31,691 bases of DNA. Source: a virus (taxonomy: Duplodnaviria; Caudoviricetes). Positions 1 to 9,100 of the stretch are shown piece after piece (positions within the stretch are counted from its first letter, which is position 1; the number at the start of each line of letters is the position of its first letter). Position numbers and translations under genes: made by a program. The notes under the pieces are model-generated. The model was given only the letters and a program-made list of their open reading frames with translations, was not told where the DNA came from and made no database searches. The DNA lies in the IMG/VR virus record IMGVR_UViG_3300018416_000063, positions 1 to 31,691 of that record. One strand, 5' to 3'.

Positions 1-12
1 ATACTTATGGCC

Positions 13-47
13 AAAATAAAAGGCCTTTGGAAAAAAAGACCTTTTAT
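13..47 (-). terminator. Intrinsic terminator ending the minus-strand structural operon
   Basis: Minus-strand RNA AUAAAAGGUCUUU-UUUUCC-AAAGGCCUUUUAU forms a 13-bp stem. Its one G-U wobble pairs only on the minus strand. The GC core is followed by UUUUAUUUU, about 25 nt after the stop of the 327-aa ORF. Confidence 0.7.
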
Positions 48-71
48 CAAATAGTAAAAATGGAAACTATT

Positions 72-1055
72 TTATAATGCTTCTGAAGTTGTCCAAGCTG
101 GAGTACCCCATGAATTAGAGATATGTGTAGTTGCTGGTGGAACAGCTGAAGCTGATACTGTTAGAGTACCGTCTACTTTATCTAATGATTGTGGGTTTGT
201 GCCTGATAACGGATAAGTTGGGTTACCTGTATCAGCCGCGTCATCTTGGAATGTTACTTTTAATTGTACTTTACCTGAACCGTTGTCTAATGCTTCTACT
301 TTAATGTAGTTAGCAGTGTATGGTGCTGTGTCAGCGTACTGAATAAAGATTTGTTGCAGTGTACCAGTTAATCCGTGATAGTTAATGCTTGAAACTGCTG
401 AACCTGCACCACCTGCTGATCCACCAATTTTAGTTGTACCTGTTAGTGATTCACTGTTAACAGTGTGGCTAGACGAACCTGAAAGTACAACTGTTCCTGA
501 ACGTGTACATAAATCTGTCCATTCAGTGTTTTTATCGTTTGATGTACCACCTGAACGGCTAAATGACAATCTTATTGTGCCACCTGCGTTAAAGAAATAA
601 CGAGCTGTTGCCGCACTTGAAAAATCTAAATCAAGTGTTGTATTAACTGATGTTGTCCAAGTTGCTGTTGATGAACTTGTTGTTGAGATTGCTGTACCAA
701 CTGCGGCACAGTCAAATCTGTTATTATAAACTGTTGATAAGTCTGTTGATACTGTTGCGTATGCTTCAATTGTATCACCAGTTGTTAATGCTGAGTAATC
801 TGTTACTGTAGAACCTTGATGAGCCGCTAGTGTTTCGATTCGACCTAAAAAGTTATTCCACTGTGTTGCTGAAATTGTTGTTCCAGCTGATACTGATGAA
901 ATTGTGCCAGATTGTCCCCAACCTTTGTCGTCTGTACCTGCACCCCATACTGAGTTAACGTTTGCTACTGTATGTGTGCCTGTACCAGCCGCATCACCAG
1001 TGACGAACGTGTTATATTCGTCATCTAAAATTGTATCGCCTGCGGTATATGCCAT
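72..1055 (-). CDS. Virion structural protein (tail/fibre-associated), Ser/Thr/Gly-rich
   Basis: 327-aa ORF with AGGA SD and a MAYxxGDTI N-terminus. Internal G-x-T-I-x-A repeats (GDTILD, GTTISA, GDTIEA). Last gene of the tail module. Confidence 0.7.
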   Translation of the reverse strand: MAYTAGDTILDDEYNTFVTGDAAGTGTHTVANVNSVWGAGTDDKGWGQSGTISSVSAGTTISATQWNNFLGRIETLAAHQGSTVTDYSALTTGDTIEAYATVSTDLSTVYNNRFDCAAVGTAISTTSSSTATWTTSVNTTLDLDFSSAATARYFFNAGGTIRLSFSRSGGTSNDKNTEWTDLCTRSGTVVLSGSSSHTVNSESLTGTTKIGGSAGGAGSAVSSINYHGLTGTLQQIFIQYADTAPYTANYIKVEALDNGSGKVQLKVTFQDDAADTGNPTYPLSGTNPQSLDKVDGTLTVSASAVPPATTHISNSWGTPAWTTSEAL

Positions 1056-1079
1056 TTTTACTATTTCCTATGTTAAAAA

Positions 1080-2432
1080 TTAGTGAACGATTGCTACAAT
1101 CGCTTCAACTGTGCCTTCTTCTTCGCTATATTTAGTTTCTAAAGCACGGCCAATAACGTTAAAGTTATTGACTTCTGTTTTTAGTGCCGCTCTAGCTAAG
1201 CCGTTACCTGCTGAAACTAAACGATCACCTTTGTTTACTGTGCCAATTACTCTAACAGGTACTCTACCTGACATAGCAACTGGTGGGTGTGTAGCATCGC
1301 TACCAGCACCTGCGTTCATTAAGTATGCCGCTCTGGTTGAAATAACACCAAATACTTCATCACTTAATTCACTTGATGCTCTAGTAATTTCCTTAGCACC
1401 ACCTAATTCAACCACTGTTCCTGGCTGATATTCTGCATCTGCTTCAAAACGTTCAGCCAAGTCAGCATATTCTGCTGTAGTAGCAGTTCCGTTAAACTCA
1501 ACGGCATAAATTGTATTGTATTTTAATGAGCTAGTACCCATGTTAATTGTTGCGTTAGCACCTGGGTTAAATGAGCTTGTAGCACCATCAATGTTAATAA
1601 CTGTAGTTTGTGAACCACCGTCGTTAACTGAAAGTTTTAAGTCACCATCTGAAGTTTGGTTAGAAATAGTAACGTCTGAGCCGGATACGCTTACTCTCAT
1701 GTCACTATCTACACCAACTGCAAGACCTGTATCATTTAGCACACCTAGTGTGCCTGATGTTGTGTCATTTCCTGTTGCTGATAAAAAGCCTGTTGAATCA
1801 ACACCGTCTAACAATTCTGCGTTAGCGGCCTTACCATTAAAGATAGCATTTGCAACTGTTGAACTCATGTTCACACCAGGACCAATTGTTGCAAATCCTG
1901 AAATAGCAACTGATGGAGTAAATGTTGCATCTTTAGAAACGATAGTAACAATACTATCTTCTACGAACATCTTAACAACAACGTGATCTGTACCACCTGT
2001 GTCTTCGATTGTGTCAACAATAGCACCTGAAGTACCTGTACCTGCTGTAAATGCTGGACCAACTAAGATCCAACTTGCACCGTCATACACTTTTAGTTGA
2101 CTGTTTGTCGAGTCAAACCATAAGTCACCAGTAACTACTGATGTAGGTGCACTTGTACTTGCTGTTGCTGAACCTAAGTTTTTAAATTGTGAACCGTTGT
2201 AAACTTTTAATAAGCCACCGCTTTTATCAAACCATAGCTGACCTGTTAAAGGTGCTGAAGGTTGAGTAGTATTTGCACCACTCTCCAATAGTTTGATCAT
2301 GTTCTCATTTAAGAACTCACCATAACCAGCATAGTTTTTACCTACAACTGTAAGCGAACTATCTGTGTTAATAGTACCGTCTGCTACTGTAGCAAATATA
2401 GTACCATCTGTTAAATTAATTGTATATGCCAT
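1080..2432 (-). CDS. Tail fibre-like protein with C-terminal intramolecular chaperone/autocleavage (Peptidase_G2-like) domain
   Basis: 450 aa with GGAG SD. Two P-x4-G(Q/D)LWFD-x5-LKVY-x-G repeats. C-terminal YADLAE...GTVV...VFGVIST...PVAMSGRVPVRV-x-G-x-V-x-KGD-x-LVS...VIGRALE. Confidence 0.8.
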   Translation of the reverse strand: MAYTINLTDGTIFATVADGTINTDSSLTVVGKNYAGYGEFLNENMIKLLESGANTTQPSAPLTGQLWFDKSGGLLKVYNGSQFKNLGSATASTSAPTSVVTGDLWFDSTNSQLKVYDGASWILVGPAFTAGTGTSGAIVDTIEDTGGTDHVVVKMFVEDSIVTIVSKDATFTPSVAISGFATIGPGVNMSSTVANAIFNGKAANAELLDGVDSTGFLSATGNDTTSGTLGVLNDTGLAVGVDSDMRVSVSGSDVTISNQTSDGDLKLSVNDGGSQTTVINIDGATSSFNPGANATINMGTSSLKYNTIYAVEFNGTATTAEYADLAERFEADAEYQPGTVVELGGAKEITRASSELSDEVFGVISTRAAYLMNAGAGSDATHPPVAMSGRVPVRVIGTVNKGDRLVSAGNGLARAALKTEVNNFNVIGRALETKYSEEEGTVEAIVAIVH

Positions 2433-2461
2433 CTTTTAATACTCCGTATCCTTTATAGTAT

Positions 2462-2469
2462 TATTTATC
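2462..2469 (-). promoter_or_regulatory. Late promoter motif GATAAATA
   Basis: One mismatch from the T4 late consensus TATAAATA. Intergenic, 29 nt upstream of the 450-aa ORF start. The same 8-mer recurs upstream of three other structural genes. Confidence 0.75.
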
Positions 2470-2492
2470 ACAACCTATTATATTAGCACTTA

Positions 2493-3140
2493 TTAAGTAC
2501 TAGAAAGGTTGGTTAATGTTTGTATTCTCACCGTGTAATCAATTTGAATCTGTCTGTTTAATGATTTTTGTACAGGGTGGAATATCACGTGTGTTACTAA
2601 ATCTAAATCAGTAGCACTACCTTGCCATGATTTTAAACCCAACTCGTCAAATACATACTCTCCATCTAGACTTGTTGAGTTGTCAAATGCTTCTTGTCCT
2701 GCAGGTTCACCGTAGTCCAATAAGCAACTTACTAAAATATCTGTATAGACCTTGCCTGATGTGTGTAACACTGTAAGTTTGTTACGACTTGGATCAGTGT
2801 TTGATGCTGATGTATCATCAACAACTTTTTGATATGTTTCGTTGTATAAGTCAGCATTTTTACCTACGGTATTTGGAGGTAGATATGTAACAACTCCAGT
2901 AGAGTCTACACTTGATCCACCATTACCAAATGACATTTGATAAATGTGACCTATGTTTTTATTAGCCATAGCCTGTGCTAAACTGTTTGAGAAATTCTCA
3001 TAATGAATAGCATTACGCTTGTCTACTAATACTTCTTTAGTGTTAGGATCAAAGATCTTAATATGACCTTCAATTAGTACACCAGAAGTTTCATCAGGTT
3101 TTTTATTTTCCATAGTTTCTTTATCTTGTTTATCGTCCAT
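2493..3140 (-). CDS. Conserved-looking phage structural (baseplate/tail) protein
   Basis: 215-aa ORF between the giant protein and the tail fibre. GHIKIFD...DKRNAIH...FDELGL...THVIFHPVQKS-x-NR-x-IQIDYTVRI resembles tail-collar/baseplate-type proteins. Alternative start at 3113. Confidence 0.7.
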   Translation of the reverse strand: MDDKQDKETMENKKPDETSGVLIEGHIKIFDPNTKEVLVDKRNAIHYENFSNSLAQAMANKNIGHIYQMSFGNGGSSVDSTGVVTYLPPNTVGKNADLYNETYQKVVDDTSASNTDPSRNKLTVLHTSGKVYTDILVSCLLDYGEPAGQEAFDNSTSLDGEYVFDELGLKSWQGSATDLDLVTHVIFHPVQKSLNRQIQIDYTVRIQTLTNLSST

Positions 3141-3144
3141 ACTA

Positions 3145-3152
3145 TATTTATC
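3145..3152 (-). promoter_or_regulatory. Late promoter motif GATAAATA
   Basis: Lies in a 16-nt intergenic gap, 4 nt before the ATG at 3140. Confidence 0.7.
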
Positions 3153-3156
3153 CTAC

Positions 3157-6100
3157 TTAATTCGCCCTTCTTAAGAACTTGGCTGGAACCGTATCTGTCT
3201 GCGTTAACGGTTTACCATCGTTAGCATACAGTGATTGTGTATAACTCCAATCTACATATTCGTTACTTGACATGTTAACAACATCTGAGTTTACAACGTG
3301 TGTAGTAATTGCTGTACCATGTATACCTCTACGTAGATTGCTTACCGTGTTTGTTACTAGATCTCTATTTCTGTAACTAATACGCTCTCCGCCAATCATA
3401 ATAAATCCAAATACACCGTTTTCTAAATCTGGCTCAGGTAATTTACTTGCATCTCTGACATAGATAACGTCATCATCTCTTTCAACTTGTTGCACCAATG
3501 TTGATATTGATTCTTCACCACATCTCCAAATACCTGCTGTGTCATTCATGTCTTTAAAGATCTGAAATGTCATTGCGTTAGGTACAATATTTTCTGTTCT
3601 TAATGTTACTGTTACAATGTCAGTTGCTTGTACATTTACTGAGTAGAACTCAATGTATCTATTATCGCCATCCAACATTTTCCAATCTGTACCATAGAAC
3701 TTACGTTGACCATTTACATGAACAATTAAACGTTCAGGTAATGTAATAGTTCTACCTAAGAAGTAAACTGACTGATCAATAGTAACACCAACTTGTCTAT
3801 CAAAGCCTGCTTCTGTGTCAAAGCCTACTGAGTCAAATGTTGTTCTTGTGGTAAAGCCTGACTGTGTTGGACCTTGATACACTTTGGTCATACCATCTAA
3901 TTCATCAGTAAAGCCAAATGATGTTACAGCAATATGATCACCAACATTTAATGTAAGTCCAGTTGACTTAATGTGAATACATGCGGCCTCTACGTGTATT
4001 GGGTCATGTGTATGTCTATGAATTTTATAGTCTGCACCTGTGTCTACAAATATTTTAACTTTCGATCCATCTGCTGGAGCATTTTGTAGAGTAACTACTC
4101 TGTCGCTTGACCCATCGTATGGTGATAGTATGTAGTCAGCATATAGTTGTAGTTCATACTCATCAACGTAAACAGATAAGTCGTTATCAGCAATTAATCC
4201 TTGACCTAGTGTTGTTTGTAGATCTAAAGTAAAGTCAACAGTTGATCCGTCGCCAGTCCATTCTAAACCTTCGGGTGGTCTTAGTCTTTCTCCATTTAAT
4301 GTTACAATAGCAAACTCAGGATTAATGCCTTGGTCGTGAATATCCTGTGCTATTGGATATACATATTCACTTGCATCTGTTACATACATACTGTCAACTT
4401 TAGGATATGAAACATCACAGTGGACATCTGGATCGTATTCTAGTAATAGTGTACTCACTGTATCTAATCCTGAAAAGCCTAATACTGCTATATGGATGTA
4501 GTCTGTTGACTGTAATGCTCTACTACCCCCAATGACGTCTACCACATATCCTGATTCTCCTGCTAGTGCTGGATTGTCTTGTTCTGGTGTGTTACCATCT
4601 TGGAATATGCTTCTAATTGTTGCGAGTGATGGCTTACTAATTACTGGAGCGATATATGTGTTGTGGAACGCATAACCTAATGGGTTATTTGCTAGAATGC
4701 CTGCTTGGGTACGCATATCGTCTGACCACTCTGGAGCAAGACTTCCACCGTCCCATAATTCTGTGTATTCAAACATACAGAAATTCAACAAGTATAAGTA
4801 TTCTTTTGCGGCTACCTCAAATGCATCTGCATCTGTTTTCCAATCATCTGGATTGTCAAGATAACCCGATGGATCCCACTTGCCGGCATCGTATGCTTCT
4901 TCCATTGCGGCATACAAATCACCTGTCTGCCAGTCAGCGGCTAAGAACTGATATAGTTTTATATCGTCTGCAGGTAACCCGTGCATGTGTAGTGTGTGGA
5001 ATACGTGTTCAATAACTTCTTGTGCGTCTGTATCACCGTCGCCATACCCATCACCAGTTGAGTTCAAATACCAAACCATATCGTTTTGAACGGTATTATC
5101 AAACAAGTCTGTTAAATTCCAACTAGCAACACCTTCGTCAGTTAAGAAGTTTGGAGAGTAATCTGCTCCTGCACCTCTTGCTACTCTTTGTATAGTCGGT
5201 AAGCCTTCGTGATAAGTTCCTGCATCACCACTCAGTGTTTTAATTAAGTTTCTTTGATATTCTTCATTAATGCCTGAGCCATTTGGATCTGTAAATAGTT
5301 CAAACATACGTGCAACTTTTTCTGTAAACGCATCTGGAACTGCTGTTTGTCCGCCCACTGTGCCAGCCGCCATAATTCTTACACCGTTAACAGTAACTTC
5401 ACGTTTGAAGAAGTCACTACCATTACCAGTGACATTACTAATTGCACCGTTGTTGTATTCTGAATCTGCTACGCCTCCGCCAACTGCTGAGCTAACAACC
5501 TGGTCTACATCTGGAGCACCGTCGCCAGTTAAGTCTCTAGTACCGATACCTAGTTTAGTATGATATGTTTCATATGTTTCTAGTGTCCAGTTAGTAATTT
5601 TTTCACCATTGACTAAAACTTCTAAGTTTTTAATTTGCTCATGATCTACTGGTAAAATGATTTCTGCATGTCCGTCTGTTGTTAGGTAGTCGCCTGCTAC
5701 ATAGTCTTCAACTAACAGTTGATTACCGCCACCAACACCGTGTGCTGTTACACCAATGATATCACCTGTTGAGAATCTTCCATCTGTTAGTGTAATTGTT
5801 TTAGCGTTCCAATCGATTGTGTAGTCAACTGTGTCAACTGGTGTATCACCATATTCAAACACTAGTTGTTTACCAGTTGATACTTCGTATGCTAATACAG
5901 CAAACGGTACATCAATTAATCCATCAAAACTGATTGTTCTGTCTGTGCCATTGAATTCAACAAACTTAGTTTGACTCTGTCCTGACCAGCCTTGGTTTGT
6001 GTAGTCCTCACCTGGTCTTGTAGTAACTTGAATATTAAGTGTATCAAATACTGCACCTGGTACTAATTCTTGCGGAGCATGACTATTGTAACTATCAACA

Positions 6101-9100
6101 AAGGCGCCACCAACAACATCAATGTCTGTTGGTCTTGATGTATCATTAGTAATAATCTCGCCTGCTATTTTAAGAGTGTCTTCCATACCATATTGGCTGT
6201 GTTGAATCACAACAGTATCGTGCGGATAGTCTAAAGGCACAGTCCAGGTAACAGTAACTGGTGTTTTATCTTCAACTGTTGCTCTTTTAGCACCGTTGTT
6301 AATAACGCCGTCATCTTCACCTAGCTTGTATAAATCTGTATTGCCTGCTAAAAATTCTTCCTCACTAAGTGCTTGTGTCTTAATGAATAAACTATGACCA
6401 TATGAGAAGTTTCTAAATTTATATGTTGATCCTCGCTGTAGAGTAATGTTAGGGTCTTGTTCAAGTGTTCCGCCTGTTGGTCTATAAAAATCTGAATCCC
6501 ATGACCATAGCCACGGATCATCTTGTTCAAAGTTATCATTCATATGAGCCGCGTCTGGCTGTGAAACTGTTAAATCAAACACTTTAGTTTCAGTTACTAC
6601 ATCATATTGCGTTGTTGCTGATCCTGAGTAATCACCGCCTAGGTATTTGGCATCAAGAATAGTTTCTGAATAACTTGGTTTACCATTTTCGTCAAAGTCA
6701 ATGTTGTCCCACGGATTAGTATCAAAGTTACCTACATCATAGCCTGTGTTAGAACTAAAGTCCGGACCAATCATATTAACACCAGGATACTCAGTACCGT
6801 ACACTAATAATGATAAGTCTAATCCAGGATAGTTAGCGCCTGGCTGGTATAAGCCCATTGTACGATCTACACCTGATAAATCTGTAACATCAACTAATTC
6901 ATAGTCCAATGGATCGAATGTTGCTTTTGTTAGTGTTGACCCATCACCCCAGGTTACCTTATAAACTTTATTATTGAAACGTACTAGTTGATCTTGATCA
7001 TACGCTGTTTCGGCTGTCCAATCAACTACGTTAGTTGAATGTTGATATCGGTCAAACTTGATTGTTGTTTTATAACTTCTTACATCACCAGGCGCGGTAA
7101 CAGCAACTAATTTGGCTCCTTCACCGTTACCACCTTTGAGTGTAATAACTGGGGTTGACGTATATCCTGCACCTGGATAATCAACAACTACAGCAATTAC
7201 TTCACCTGCCGTAGAAACCTTTGCTGTCATTTCAGCAGGTATATCGCACTCACCTGTGATGATTAATTCTGGAGGTTCTGTATAACCACTACCTCCTTCA
7301 ATCACTGTTACACTTTCAATTGATAGTGCAAAGTTTTGTCTCCACATTGAATATTTGCCAGTAGACCAAATTACATTGTCTAGCTGATAAACACCTTCGC
7401 CTGTAATGTCTTCTTGATCTAATACATGTCTTGGAGATATGTACTTGTTTAATGTTGTATTAAATTCAGCAGGTAAATCAAAGTCAGTTGCATCACCTGA
7501 ATACACATCATCGCCTTTATACACTAGATTAAATTCTTTGATCTGTGTTCTATATGGCTTAACTTCTTTAATGTATTGTTGTAGGAAGTCTTGATTATCA
7601 CGTCTTAATATATCAAACTGTTTAAGTTCACGCAGATTATGCTGAACATCAATTAAACTTGTTTTTACTAACCAGTCAGTTGATTTTTGTTCACTTAAAA
7701 CATAGTTAAACATTAATGTAATTAAATCAATTCTATGTTTTGCTAGATCATCAACAAATATTTCTTCATTTAATGATTTAATAATTTGTCTTAATTCAAT
7801 AACTGCTTCTTGGTCAAAGTATTGAGCATCAAACACTTCGTTGTCAAATCCGTTGCGTTCTTGATCGTAATCATACACACTCTTTTTAATCTGTATTGTA
7901 CCTTTTTCTAGACCAACACGCTCCCATCCTGCATTAGTTAATCTGTAAATTTCAAATTTATTCTGTGCGTTTGAACGTACTTTAACAACTGTGCCTAAAA
8001 TTGCATCTGTTAATGTGCCTAAGTCTGCATATTGATTAACTTCTTTACTTGGTTTATCTAAAATGTTATAATCTTCTGCGTACCAATCAACTAAATCCCA
8101 ATAGCGTGTTGTTTTATAATTTTGTACACGTGTTAATAATAATGTTCTATTCGACTGTAATGTATAGATAGTCCAAAGACCACTATTATTCTCGTCTGAT
8201 TTAACAAGATACTTACGTCCAATTGGATCAATATTAATTGTTTGATAGCTCAATTCAGCAATATCATTTAACTCAATATCCCATGCACCTGTTGGCTTAC
8301 CAGGAATCTCTTCTTTGCTTTCAAGTAAAGGATATGATCTAATTTCAGTTACTGGTATTTGTTTAAGTATTCTATTTGTTGCTGTAATATAATTCTCTAA
8401 GGCTTTAAATCTATCAACAAACATTGTTTGTCTTGGACGGAATTCTACACCACGTCTATCTGTTATTGATAGATTAGAGTCAGGAACTTTGTTACCTGCA
8501 GTATCTGTGCCACAGAATGAATCTAGGAACTTACGATATAAACCATCACTTAAGAACTGCGTTGGATCATTATCTCTAATTAATTCAAATTCAATGTGAA
8601 CATTGTTATCTGTTTTAATTTTATCAAATTCAATATGTAATACCGAGTCAGTATCTAATACATAACCTTGGCTATTAAATAATGCAAATGTACCTGTGTC
8701 AACCATTGCTATATAAGGAATCCCACTTGACTTAGGTGTTTCAATATATTGCTGTATTGTTAATGGACTTAGAGTTTTGCCAGAATTTCTATCAACTGAT
8801 GTTAGCCCTTTGACCCAATAATAGTACTTGACTACAACTTCGCCACCTTGTCTGACATCACTAAGTGTCGAGAATGATTCTGTTGAATAAACTGTACCTT
8901 CACCTTCGTACTCGCTTGGCGGTACATCACTTGATATCCATTGATAAATGTCGATACTTGAACCAGGGAATAAGTTACCTATACGTTTAGCACGATAGTC
9001 TGCTGTTGATTGATTGTAGTTAATAAACTTAGCAGTAGAAACGTCCCACCATACTGTGCCTAAGTGTTCGTTACCCCAGGCCATGCCAAAGTTATTTTCA

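Noticed and set aside
385-1986. Plus-strand ORFs 385-600, 1111-1428 and 1516-1986
   Set aside because: Antisense shadows of well-supported structural genes, with no SD and no recognisable motifs.
4531-5472. Insert considered as an intein or homing endonuclease
   Set aside because: No N-terminal Cys/Ser splice block, no C-terminal HN-(C/S/T) and no LAGLIDADG or HNH motif.
4656-5563. Plus-strand ORFs opposite the peptidase-like insert, considered as a nested gene or mobile element
   Set aside because: No motifs, starts or terminal repeats. Best explained as antisense shadows in locally stop-poor sequence.
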